This document shows, piece after piece, positions 41,182-51,497 of a stretch of 64,000 bases of DNA (position 1 is its first letter; every line of letters starts with the position of its first letter). The stretch covers positions 64,001-128,000 of IMG/VR virus record IMGVR_UViG_3300013099_000017. The stretch is one strand, 5' to 3'. The stretch comes from a virus. Both the position numbers and the translations under genes were made by a program. The notes under the pieces are model-generated. The model did no database searches. It worked only from the letters and a program-made list of their open reading frames with translations, and had not been told where the DNA came from.

Positions 41182-42508
41182 ATGAGTCGTTCTGTCAGTT
41201 ATCCTAATAATGCTAGTGTTGTCTGTTATATTGATGTGAGTTATATGGAAGATTCCGATGAATGGAATGATTTCATGGATTCATTAAAATATGTTATTTT
41301 AACAAAATATAAATCTTTTGAAGATGATGATCATTATATTGGTCGGGAATTAACTTCTGTTTTATCAAACCAACATGCTCAAATTGTGGTATCTGAATAT
41401 TGTGGATTAGCAAGCGTTTCTCTTGCTCCAATTGAATTTGATGGTTATGGTGAAGATTCGAGTTTACAAAATATTGCTAATGCATGGTGTAATTTGGTAT
41501 CTGATAACTTCAAAAAATTAATTGATAAACATTTTAATTCTTTAAATAAAGTTGCAACATTCAGCAATGGTGAATCTATGTATGAGTATGCATCATGAAA
41601 ATATATCAACTAACAAGTGAAAATTTTGATGAAGGTTGTGGTACTTTTACTTATATTATAAGCACTTCAAAAAACAAAAAACAACTTGAATCTGTTGCCA
41701 AAAAATTAAATGATTTATATGAAACTAATTATCAACATTATTATGTAAATAATGTTGATGTTAAAGATTCTTTAACACATGATGAAATTGAACAAATAAT
41801 CAAACAAATATTGGAGCCATAAAAATGTCATATCTATTACAAAAAAGAAATGAAAGTTGTGTTGAATATGCTTTGATTAATCAACATCCAATTGATTTTT
41901 TCAGACAATTATTTTTTACTAATGGCAATGGTATTGAGATTAGTAATGGTAATCCAGTTGAAGTCGTTAATTATGGACGGACTATCCCTTGGATAGAATA
42001 TTATAAAGAAGAAACCACATTAGATGATATTAAAGATTATTTTGTTGATTATAAACTTGAACGCAAAGTTCAAGAAACTCAAAAAATGATTCGTGGTATG
42101 GATTCTTATAGCAATATATATAAGGATGCTCTTGCTGAATTGGATGATATTTATGAATTGAGTGATAATGAAATCACAAATAGTCATTTTTGGTTAAATA
42201 AATTATTAGATGAAAAGGGTAATTTTTATCCATATTTGTCATTATCTGATGGTTATTTTAAATTGCAACAAATTAATGAAAATACAGAACCATTATTATT
42301 GGATGTTGCAATAGCGGTTACGTCTGCATATGTATCATTTTTTGCTTATGTGAAAATAAATAAAACTTTCATTGAAGAATATAAATCAATTATTTCATTT
42401 AGATGGAATGTTGAAACTCTCGAAAGATGTTATAATACATCTATGGATGATTTGGAAATGTTGCGAAAAGAATTTAAACGTTTATTGAAACTTAAAATGG
42501 ATAGATAA
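41182..42508 (+). other. Three hypothetical ORFs (41182-41598, 41595-41822, 41825-42508)
   Basis: Behind cassette 13. Confidence 0.65.
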
Positions 42509-43164
42509 TGAAAACCTTAATTTGTTATAGTGGTGGATTTGATTCAACTGCTTTATTATTGAATGAGTTACAGAATGGTTATCATGTTGATACTTGTTAT
42601 TTTGAATTGCCAAATAATACAGGTGCTCAATCAATTGAATTGAAAAATCGTAAAAAGATTTTAAAGTATGTATCCAAAATAACAAAAGATCCTGAAATGT
42701 CAGGAACTTTGGGAAATGATGTTGTTTATAATTTATATACTAAATTTGATAATCGGGTATATTTACATCTTCAACAAGCATACCTATGGATACAATTTTT
42801 AATATTGAAAGTTGATTTAAGTAAATATGATCGAGTTGTTTTTGGTTATGTGAAATATGATGATTTTTGGCATTTTAAAAATGAATTTATTGAGTTATAT
42901 AATTCATCCGTAAAATTAACTGTACATAAAAACACACCAAAATTGGTATATCCTTTTGAGTGGTGTACTAAAAAAGATGTTTTAAAATGGTATGATACGG
43001 AAAATTTTTACAATAAAAATGTATCCAAATATATTAAAAAAATAGAAAAATTAACGTTTTATTGTGAAACTCCGGTTGATGGTAAAGCATGTAAAAAATG
43101 TGATTCATGTAAACGACATAAAAGTGAGATTGGAAATGAACAGAAAAGAATTAATATTAACTAA
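42508..43164 (+). CDS. queC: QueC-like PP-loop ATPase (7-cyano-7-deazaguanine synthase family)
   Basis: CYSGGFDST; C-terminal C(x8)C(x2)C(x2)C in YCETPVDGKACKKCDSC. Confidence 0.75.
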   Translation: MKTLICYSGGFDSTALLLNELQNGYHVDTCYFELPNNTGAQSIELKNRKKILKYVSKITKDPEMSGTLGNDVVYNLYTKFDNRVYLHLQQAYLWIQFLILKVDLSKYDRVVFGYVKYDDFWHFKNEFIELYNSSVKLTVHKNTPKLVYPFEWCTKKDVLKWYDTENFYNKNVSKYIKKIEKLTFYCETPVDGKACKKCDSCKRHKSEIGNEQKRININ

Positions 43165-43169
43165 TATAC

Positions 43170-43198
43170 TTGACATGGTATCTAATTTCTTATATTAT
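43170..43198 (+). promoter_or_regulatory. Sigma70 promoter for RNA ligase 1
   Basis: TTGACA-N17-TATTAT. Confidence 0.65.
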
Positions 43199-43283
43199 AA
43201 TACAATAAATAATATTTATTAAAAACATAAATAAATTGTGGTGTTTCCATGCAGTTATTTATATTACATTAGGATTTAAACTT

Positions 43284-44225
43284 ATGAAAATTCCAACAAA
43301 GGAATTTATTGAAAATAATAGAAAGATGGTGAAATTGAAGCCAACACCATATGATAATGTGTTTGTGTTGAAATATACTCCAAAAGTATTTTATAATTAT
43401 TGGTGGGATAAAGATGATTCGTTAATTGAATGTCGTGGGACTTTGGTCGATAAAGATTTAAATATCGTATCAAGACCATATACAAAAATCTTCAATCATA
43501 ATGAAAAGTTTGCACCAAAATTTGATGATGATGAAATTGTTTTAGTTGCTGATAAAATCAATGGCTTTATGTGTGCGGTTACTTGGCACAATGATATGGT
43601 TTTGGTTTCCACAACTGGTACAACTGATTCAGATTTTGCAAAGGTTGCAAGAGAAGAAGTAATGAAGGTCACGAATGAAACTCTATTTAAAGACCATTCA
43701 GATTATACTTTCATCTTTGAAGTTTGTACAAAAGAAGATAGACATATCATTGAAGAAGATTTGGGTGTTTATTTATTGGATGTTAGACTGAAAAAATGGG
43801 ATACACCTAATATTGGTTTGGGGTCAAGTGAAATAGCTTGTTTGAGATTGACAACACAATATCGTAATGAAGATAATTTCAATGATAGCTTTAAATTACC
43901 TAAACATTGGATGTATAAGTTTGGTGAACTTGAATCAATTTTGAAAACATATAAGCGTGAAGGTTTTGTTGTGACAAGTTTGGATAGAACCCGACAAGTT
44001 AAAATGAAATCCCCATATTATTTAACATCAAAATTTTTGGCTAAATTGAATAATGATAATGTTGAATTGTTGTTATCAAATCCACAAAAATGTAAAGCAC
44101 GAATTGATGAAGAATTTTATCCAATTGTGGATTATTTAAATGAAAATTTAGATCATTTTAAAACGTTGGATAATTTCGATAAAGCAATGTATGTTCAGGC
44201 ATACTTCGATGGAGAAGAAACATGA
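43284..44225 (+). CDS. rnlA: RNA ligase 1 (Rnl1 family)
   Basis: ECRG, PYTKIFN..E, DKING, EGFVV, VKMKSP.YL. Confidence 0.88.
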   Translation: MKIPTKEFIENNRKMVKLKPTPYDNVFVLKYTPKVFYNYWWDKDDSLIECRGTLVDKDLNIVSRPYTKIFNHNEKFAPKFDDDEIVLVADKINGFMCAVTWHNDMVLVSTTGTTDSDFAKVAREEVMKVTNETLFKDHSDYTFIFEVCTKEDRHIIEEDLGVYLLDVRLKKWDTPNIGLGSSEIACLRLTTQYRNEDNFNDSFKLPKHWMYKFGELESILKTYKREGFVVTSLDRTRQVKMKSPYYLTSKFLAKLNNDNVELLLSNPQKCKARIDEEFYPIVDYLNENLDHFKTLDNFDKAMYVQAYFDGEET

Positions 44226-44533
44226 GAAAAGAAAAAGATGATAGTTATTTTATTAATAGAATGAGTTCATTTGGGGAATGGGTGTGGCGATTATATATTA
44301 TTGAAGTTTTCCGTGATGGTGATGGGGTTTCATTTATTTTTAATAAATATCATCCACTTTCATATATAATGTTCTTGGTTAGTATATTAGATGTATTTTG
44401 GATCAGTGGTGCAGATGGTGTAAAAGAAGAATGGAAAGATAATCAATTGGGTTGGGATTTTACAAAGTATTGGAAAAAACCGGAAAATAAAATACGGTAT
44501 ATTCCAAGACCAGATATATATTTTTATACATAA

Positions 44534-44578
44534 GTATCCACAATGGGATATATTAATTATCATTGTATATGATATACT
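44534..44578 (+). promoter_or_regulatory. Palindrome-class promoter cassette, copy 14 (inverted)
   Basis: GTATCC-ACAATG-GGATAT; TGA-TATACT at 44573. Confidence 0.8.
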
Positions 44579-45007
44579 ATGATTATAAATTTTAAAGGAT
44601 AGAAGAATGAAAGGTAATATAACAATTTCCAGACCGAGTTATGGTGATGGTAGGGAAAATATTGTAATTTCAATCAGAGATCGTGATTCAGGTGAAAGAT
44701 TTTGTGAAGTTAATATAGATTACAAATCTTTTACTAAGTTAATTACGGGTCAATCGGAAATTGATTGTGAATTAAATGTAAAAAATTTAGAACGTGTTGG
44801 TAAAAAACGGGAAAATGATACAATTGAATTTCCATTTGATAAAACATATTCAAATGAGAGAAATGAATTAGCAATTGAAAAAGTAAAAGAATATACTCCG
44901 GAAGGTTGGACATGTGATAATTATTTTGGTTCACAAACATCATTTTTCCGTAAAGATGGGGTTGATTATGCAAGGGCAACAATCAGACGTTGGATAGATA
45001 AAGAATA

Positions 45008-45559
45008 ATGAGAGAAGCATATATTACAAGTGATAATCATTTTTATCATAAAAACATTTTAAAATATCAAAAGGAAGAAAGACCATTTGATGATGTTTTG
45101 GAAATGAATGAAGTTATTATTGAACGACATAATGAAGTTGTTAAAGATAAAGATGATATTTATTATCTTGGTGATTTTGCTATGACCGGAAATAATAATA
45201 TTATTGAAATTTTAAAAAGATTAAATGGTAGAAAGCATTTTGTTTTTGGTAATCATGATCGACAAATGAGACATGATTCTGTCAAAGAATATTTTGATTG
45301 GATGTTTCAGTATCATGAACTTAAAGTAAAGCAATATGGCTTTAAAATTCCTCCAATTACATTATTTCATTATCCTATGGAACGTTGGAATAGAAAGAGC
45401 TATGGTTCATTTCATTTCTTTGGACATACTCATTCTAATGAATATGATGAAGTTGGTCGATTTAATGTTGGTGTTGATAACCATAATTTATATCCGTGGT
45501 CATTGGCAGAAGCAATTGAAAATTTAGAATCTATTGGGAGAGATAACAATGAAAGTTGA
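45008..45559 (+). CDS. Calcineurin-like metallophosphoesterase
   Basis: SDNHF.H, LGDF, GNHD, HYP, GHTH. Confidence 0.9.
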   Translation: MREAYITSDNHFYHKNILKYQKEERPFDDVLEMNEVIIERHNEVVKDKDDIYYLGDFAMTGNNNIIEILKRLNGRKHFVFGNHDRQMRHDSVKEYFDWMFQYHELKVKQYGFKIPPITLFHYPMERWNRKSYGSFHFFGHTHSNEYDEVGRFNVGVDNHNLYPWSLAEAIENLESIGRDNNES

Positions 45560-46023
45560 ACATTGGGATGGTGATCATCTTTGTGGTGATACAGGATTTA
45601 TTGATACAGATTATACACCAGAAGAAGTTTTAGAATCATATAAAAATGATCGTGGCATACCAACGGTAATGTGGGGAGCATATACATTTTTAATTGTTGA
45701 TGTTGTGTGGGCTGATCCAATTAAAAAGGATAAAATCAAGGTGTGTTTACAATGAATCTGAAAGTAATACATTTAACTGAAACATGTGATATGATTTATC
45801 GTGAAGATGATGAAATATTTTATGTTATTCATGCAGGTGAAAATGAAGGTGTAACTTTTACCCTATTGGATCTGGTGATTTCAATTGTAGATGGTCAATA
45901 TAAACATGATTATTTACCACTTATCATAGAAAACTCTTATAATGCTCCAGTTAAATTAATTTATAATGAAATTTTTGAAGTTGTTCAGGCAAAAGTTAAA
46001 TTATATATGGATAAAATAAAATA

Positions 46024-46731
46024 ATGTTATTAAGAATAGTGAGTGATTTACATTTAGATATTGAATATAAAGAATTGTCAATATTACCGGATGAAGATAA
46101 ACAAGTTCTTATATTAGCTGGTGATATTGCATCAAACATCGACCTATTTGATGAATTCCTACTTGACGTTGTGTACAGATTCAAACAGATTATTATTATC
46201 TATGGGAACCACGAATACTATGGTCATAACGTTGAAGCCCGTAAAAACGAGTTGTTTGAATTGTGTACAGATTATAGTAATGTTCAATTATTAGATGATG
46301 TGGCAATTAATTATGATGGAGTTACTATCTATGGTGGTACATTATGGACAAGTGCTTATAAAGATCCCGTATATTGGTTAAATGATTTCAATGTTGTTGA
46401 TTTTCCTGATGATTTTTATATTGAAGAACATAATTGCCAAGTCAATCATTTATCGAAAATGATTGACCAATTTGATGTGGTTATTACTCACCATGCACCA
46501 AGTTATAAGTCATGTGCTCCAAGATTTGAAAATTCTCCAATGAATAAATACTTCATGAACCACCTTGACAATTTAATTTTAGATGCTGGAAAAAAGTTGA
46601 AATTGTGGGTACATGGACATGGACACGATTCATGTCAATATAAAATTGGTGAATGTGATGTAATTTGCAATCCAAAAGGATATAACGATGAAAATAAGGA
46701 ATATAATGATGGGTTAATATACGAAATTTAA
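46024..46731 (+). CDS. Second metallophosphoesterase
   Basis: SDLH, LAGDI, GNHEYY, THHAP, HGH.H, NPKGY. Confidence 0.9.
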   Translation: MLLRIVSDLHLDIEYKELSILPDEDKQVLILAGDIASNIDLFDEFLLDVVYRFKQIIIIYGNHEYYGHNVEARKNELFELCTDYSNVQLLDDVAINYDGVTIYGGTLWTSAYKDPVYWLNDFNVVDFPDDFYIEEHNCQVNHLSKMIDQFDVVITHHAPSYKSCAPRFENSPMNKYFMNHLDNLILDAGKKLKLWVHGHGHDSCQYKIGECDVICNPKGYNDENKEYNDGLIYEI

Positions 46732-46741
46732 TTAATAGTGC

Positions 46742-46770
46742 TTGTAAAAAAATGGATAGTATGCTACAAT
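46742..46770 (+). promoter_or_regulatory. Sigma70-type promoter
   Basis: TTGTAA-N17-TACAAT with TG extension. Confidence 0.55.
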
Positions 46771-47055
46771 GCTATCTAATTAATGTTGTAATCATATATG
46801 GACTAATATGAAAACCACTAAGATTAAAATGAAAAAAGTAAGCGGTATGGCTGTTTTAAGTACAAACATATGGAATTTGGGTAAAATAAACATATCATTT
46901 GGTGATAATTTACCTGAAATGAAAAATGTATATGATTATAAGACATATAGACCGATACTAATTACTCAACTGTTTTAACAATTAATTAAATTTATTAACC
47001 GATTTACATAATAATGTATAGGGGATTACTATACCCGAAATAATGAGAGATATGG

Positions 47056-49425
47056 ATGTCAGAAGAACTAATACTTACCAATTTAATACATAATGATGAA
47101 TTTATAAAAAGAGCATTACCCTTCCTAAAATTATCATATTTTCAATATGAAGAAAATAAATTAATCTTTGAGCAATATGTCAGATACTACGCAAAGTATA
47201 ATACAAAACCAACGGCTGAAACTCTTGCTCACGAAATAGCAGAAATAGAAGAAATTCGTGATGATACCCTTGAAAACACATTGGAAAGTTTGGGTGATCT
47301 TGAACAGGATGAAGAACCCAATATTGAATGGTTAGTAAATACAACCGAGGGTTTTTGTCAAGAACGTGCTATTTATAATGCTATTCAAAATTCAATTGAC
47401 ATTATTGATGGTGTTGATGAAAAACACACTAAACACGCTATTCCCGATATTCTTAAAAAAGCCTTATCAATTTCATTTGATGTTAAGTTAGGTCATGATT
47501 ATTTAGAAGATGCTGAAAAGCGTTTTGAATTTTATAATTTAGATCATCCAAGAATCGAATTTGACATTGAAATGTTGAATAAAATTACCAATGGTGGTTG
47601 TCCAAGAAAAACTTTAAATGTTCTATTAGGAACCACTAATGTAGGTAAAGCTGAAAGTATTTTTACTAAATTATTAACTCCAACTGGAATTAAAATGTTT
47701 GGTGATTTAAAAGTTAATGATTATGTTTATGGTAGTGATGGAAATCCAACTAAAATTATCAATACATATCCCCAGGGAGAATTACCATTATATGAAATAA
47801 CATTCAAAGATGGTAGATCAACACAATGTTCATATGAACATCTTTGGAATGTATATAAAGGCGATAATAAAGAACAAATTACAATTGATTCTAATGAAAT
47901 ATTTAGGTTGATGGATTTAAAATATTACAGTAAAAGATTATGGATACCATTATCTAAACCAATTAATTTCAATAAAGAATATAATTTTAATATAGATCCA
48001 TATTTAATGGGTGTTTATTTGGGTGATGGTACTACAATGGCTGAATCTATTGGAATATCATCTAATGATAACCATATTATTGAAAAAATAAAAAATATCA
48101 TTGATATTGATGATATGGATATCAAATATAAATCAAAATACGATTATATAATTAAGTCTAGGTTCACTGGTGAAAATGAATATTTAACAGAGTTAAAACA
48201 ATATAATTTATTTAAAGTGAAATCAGATAAAAAGTTTATTCCAAAAGAAATGATGAATTCTACAATTCAAAACAGATGGGATTTATTGACAGGATTGATT
48301 GATTCTGATGGATATTGTGGTAAACATGGAACATTACAATATTATACTACAAGTGAACAACTTAAAAATGATGTAATTGATCTTGTAAGAAGTTTAGGTG
48401 GGATTGCCACAAGTAAAGATAAACAAACATATTGTAATGGAAAAAAAGGATTACCATCTTATGATATAATGATTAAAATTAATCCTGAAAATGGATTAAA
48501 TATTAGTCCAAATAAAAAGAATGTGGAAATATTTAATAATAGAATAAAAATTCCAAAACTAAAAATTGAATCAATAAAGAAAATACACAAAGAAGAATGT
48601 ATGTGTATTAAAGTTGAAGCAAAAGATCATTTATATTTAACAAAGGATTTTATTGTTACTCATAATACATTGGGATTAGTACATATGGCAACTGCATATA
48701 TGAATCTTGGTTATAATGTTGCATATATCACAGCGGAAATGAGTGAAGAAGCAATTGGTAATCGTGTTGATGCTAATGAATTTCAAGTTAATGTGAATGA
48801 TGTAGAAGATATGGATTTCGATATCTTCATGAATAAAATTAATGCCATTAAGAATAAAACAAAGGGTCGATTAAAAATACACGAATATCCTACAAGTACA
48901 GCTCATACAGGTCATATTAAGACATTATTACAAGAATGGCAATTGAAGATGAATTTCACGCCAGATATTATAATGATAGATTATATAAATATTATGGCAA
49001 GTAGTAGGGTCAAGTTAGCTAATACCGGATCATATTTTTACATTAAAGCCATTGCCGAAGAATTTAGAGCATTGGCAGTAGAAACAAATACAGTTTTATG
49101 GACTGCTACTCAATCAAATCGAGGCGGTGCTAATAATCCAGATGTTGATTTAACTGATACGAGTGAATCATTTGGTTTACCTGCAACTGCTGATTTTATG
49201 TTGGCATTAATCAGAACAGAAGAATTGGATGCTTTGGGTCAATTAATGATCAAACAATTAAAATCAAGATATGGCAATAAGGGCTATTATGAGAAATTTG
49301 TAATTGGTTCTAACATTAATACAATGAGTTGGTATGATGTTGATGATACTGCTCAATTTGATGATGTTATTAAAGAAGATACAAAGCAAAAACATAAGGG
49401 GAAATTCGATGATTTTAAAATTTAA
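47056..49425 (+). CDS. gp41: Replicative helicase gp41 (DnaB family), interrupted by an intein
   Basis: Walker A GTTNVGK|T split by the intein; AEMSEE, IDYINIM, ATQSNR, SESFGLPATAD, KSRYG. Confidence 0.95.
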   Translation: MSEELILTNLIHNDEFIKRALPFLKLSYFQYEENKLIFEQYVRYYAKYNTKPTAETLAHEIAEIEEIRDDTLENTLESLGDLEQDEEPNIEWLVNTTEGFCQERAIYNAIQNSIDIIDGVDEKHTKHAIPDILKKALSISFDVKLGHDYLEDAEKRFEFYNLDHPRIEFDIEMLNKITNGGCPRKTLNVLLGTTNVGKAESIFTKLLTPTGIKMFGDLKVNDYVYGSDGNPTKIINTYPQGELPLYEITFKDGRSTQCSYEHLWNVYKGDNKEQITIDSNEIFRLMDLKYYSKRLWIPLSKPINFNKEYNFNIDPYLMGVYLGDGTTMAESIGISSNDNHIIEKIKNIIDIDDMDIKYKSKYDYIIKSRFTGENEYLTELKQYNLFKVKSDKKFIPKEMMNSTIQNRWDLLTGLIDSDGYCGKHGTLQYYTTSEQLKNDVIDLVRSLGGIATSKDKQTYCNGKKGLPSYDIMIKINPENGLNISPNKKNVEIFNNRIKIPKLKIESIKKIHKEECMCIKVEAKDHLYLTKDFIVTHNTLGLVHMATAYMNLGYNVAYITAEMSEEAIGNRVDANEFQVNVNDVEDMDFDIFMNKINAIKNKTKGRLKIHEYPTSTAHTGHIKTLLQEWQLKMNFTPDIIMIDYINIMASSRVKLANTGSYFYIKAIAEEFRALAVETNTVLWTATQSNRGGANNPDVDLTDTSESFGLPATADFMLALIRTEELDALGQLMIKQLKSRYGNKGYYEKFVIGSNINTMSWYDVDDTAQFDDVIKEDTKQKHKGKFDDFKI
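47650..48666 (+). mobile_element. 339-aa intein with a LAGLIDADG endonuclease; class 3 (WCT) signature
   Basis: Starts with Ala (AESIF); block B EHLW; block F ECMCI; ends VTHN before Thr; GVYLGDG and GLIDSDG motifs. Confidence 0.88.
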
Positions 49426-49444
49426 TTCAACTGAGACTATTTAA

Positions 49445-50446
49445 ATGGGATTCTTTGATTTTTGGGATAAAGATATATCTGATGAAGATAAGAAAATTGC
49501 ATATGAAAAGTGTAAGCATATTGCACCACCACCATTAGAACCCCCTGCCCAACATCCACCAGAAGTAATAGAAGAATATAATGAAAAACGTTTAGAGTGT
49601 ATGCGTATTCAGCAAGATATTCTTTATTATAGTAAAATTCAACATTTGTGTATTAAAAGTGGGGAACATATTGAAGATAATAGATTTTCTGATATAGTTG
49701 CTAAGGCATGGATTAATTGTTGGAAACAATATCCTTCAACAGAAGAATATATTGAAATGTATGGTCTTGATCCATATACAGAATGTTTCCATTGTGAAAA
49801 AGATAAACAGGGTAAACTAATTGATGAACGTGAAATTTGTAATCCATGTAATCCTTGTGTAAATTTTGAATATGATGGTAATTGTACTAAGTGGCAATAT
49901 TGGTATATGATTTTTGATGTTAAATCTCAAAGATTTTGGAGACAACCAACAACAAAAGAACCAATATGGGATTGTGAACAACAAGCTATCCAAGCATGGG
50001 AGGAAGATAATCCACCAAAATCTGCTGGTAAACAACAAATATCATTTCATGATCCCTTGAAACAACAGGGTAATTTCTGTCCAAAATATGAAAGTCAAAT
50101 TACAGGTGATCCCGAAAAAGATAAAAATATTCCAAAAGTGGAAAATAGTTTTAAATGGTGTGTACCAAGATGGAATGATCAATGTCGTTTTTTTGTTATG
50201 AAATTTAAAAATAATATGATTTCCATTAATGATAGTGATACCATGTACACATCTTGGACAATGATTAAAAAATGTAATCAAGAAGAATGTGATTTAGCCG
50301 AAGCAGAAGATGAAGATTCATCTTTGAATAGATTGGCAAGACATGCCCGATATTGTATTAATAGATGTTTTGATGTTGATCCAAAACATGCAATCTATCC
50401 TGCATGGGAAGGAAATTTAGTAAATTATACTCATAAAGGATGGTAA
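49445..50446 (+). CDS. Cys/Trp-rich hypothetical protein
   Basis: 333-aa ORF with many Cys residues and a Pro-rich N-terminus. Confidence 0.7.
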   Translation: MGFFDFWDKDISDEDKKIAYEKCKHIAPPPLEPPAQHPPEVIEEYNEKRLECMRIQQDILYYSKIQHLCIKSGEHIEDNRFSDIVAKAWINCWKQYPSTEEYIEMYGLDPYTECFHCEKDKQGKLIDEREICNPCNPCVNFEYDGNCTKWQYWYMIFDVKSQRFWRQPTTKEPIWDCEQQAIQAWEEDNPPKSAGKQQISFHDPLKQQGNFCPKYESQITGDPEKDKNIPKVENSFKWCVPRWNDQCRFFVMKFKNNMISINDSDTMYTSWTMIKKCNQEECDLAEAEDEDSSLNRLARHARYCINRCFDVDPKHAIYPAWEGNLVNYTHKGW

Positions 50447-50455
50447 TTTTCAAAT

Positions 50456-50463
50456 TATAAATA
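50456..50463 (+). promoter_or_regulatory. T4-type late promoter heading the internal-protein-like array
   Basis: TATAAATA 21 nt upstream of ATG 50485. Confidence 0.75.
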
Positions 50464-50484
50464 CTATAAAATAGGATAGTTTGA

Positions 50485-51303
50485 ATGAAATATAACAATA
50501 TCACATATGATGAATATGTGGATGCTTTAAATGAAATTGCATTGCTTGACGAAAATGGTCAATTAAATGAGGGTATCTTAGATTCATTGTCGGGTTTAAC
50601 TGGTAAGGTTGGTAAATTTATATCAACTGCTAAAAAAACTATGGGTGAACTTGTTGATTCTACTAAACTTGAAACCCGTGATATAATTAAAGCATTTAAA
50701 AATAGAGAAATTTTTTCAGTATTGAAGAAAGTTGGGTTTAGTATTAAGAAATTACTGATGATGCTTAAAGCAGGACAAAAAGCATTAAATGGTGGTTTAA
50801 ATAAAATATTCAAAGAAATCCACAATCATAAAATATTACAAAAAATTCATAGTGGTGTTATGACTGTTGATGAATTTATCAACAAATATCCCATTCTTAA
50901 TAAAATAGGTGGAATTGCTGTTGCTGGAATTTTATTGTGGATATGGTTAAATATGTCATTTACGGGAGCAAGTCTTGATTTTGACATTGATCAATCTTCT
51001 CTATTAGATGCATTAGCTGGCAATTATTCATTAGCCGATCTATTTACATCCCCTACTGGTTTAAAAACAATAGCATTTTTAGCGGTTGGTTTATCCGGTA
51101 TTTCTGTTATAGCTTATTTTCCTGTAACTGCATATAATCTTACTATGAGTATTATCTATACAGGACTTAAAAAATCCAACTTCAAAGATCAATCCACTAT
51201 GCACAAAATAAAACATCATATTTTTAAAATAGCAGAAAAATGTGATTATAAAATGTCATTTAAGCAATTTAATAAATACAGTAAAATACAGGAAGTATTA
51301 TGA
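50485..51303 (+). CDS. Putative internal/virion protein with C-terminal hydrophobic segments
   Basis: TYDEY..ALNE...LNEG N-terminus. Confidence 0.6.
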   Translation: MKYNNITYDEYVDALNEIALLDENGQLNEGILDSLSGLTGKVGKFISTAKKTMGELVDSTKLETRDIIKAFKNREIFSVLKKVGFSIKKLLMMLKAGQKALNGGLNKIFKEIHNHKILQKIHSGVMTVDEFINKYPILNKIGGIAVAGILLWIWLNMSFTGASLDFDIDQSSLLDALAGNYSLADLFTSPTGLKTIAFLAVGLSGISVIAYFPVTAYNLTMSIIYTGLKKSNFKDQSTMHKIKHHIFKIAEKCDYKMSFKQFNKYSKIQEVL

Positions 51304-51497
51304 TTACAAAATACAGAGAATATCTTATTGAAGGCGTAAATCAAGTTTTCAAAAAATTTCCGGATTACGAAAGTCGGAAAAAAGAATTAAATAGATTAGT
51401 TGATAAGCGTGGAGATCAATCTTCAAATTTATCTAAACAAGAACAAAAAAACTATATCACATTAACTGATTGGTGGGATGAAAAGGGAAAAGATTAA
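51300..51497 (+). CDS. Putative internal head protein
   Basis: MITKYREYLIE. Confidence 0.6.
   Translation: MITKYREYLIEGVNQVFKKFPDYESRKKELNRLVDKRGDQSSNLSKQEQKNYITLTDWWDEKGKD

Noticed and set aside
41099-44545. TATCCACA in inverted copies as DnaA boxes
   Set aside because: Only two copies approach TTATCCACA; other copies change those spacer bases and keep the symmetric arms
729-44578. Repeated ~20-bp palindromes as a CRISPR array or integron attC/attachment sites
   Set aside because: Spacing is 0.9-8 kb with whole genes between, every copy is tied to a -10 box at fixed distance, and no cas or integrase gene is present
3173-49000. Alternative-frame + strand ORFs nested in real genes (e.g. 3173, 4580, 6002, 12860, 14780, 25720, 33788, 37301, 45336)
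   Set aside because: Fully overlap better-supported ORFs; low-complexity translations with no RBS
49445-49640. N-terminus of 49445 as a terminase large subunit fragment
   Set aside because: Only a faint E..C..D..Y resemblance; no Walker motifs or nuclease domain
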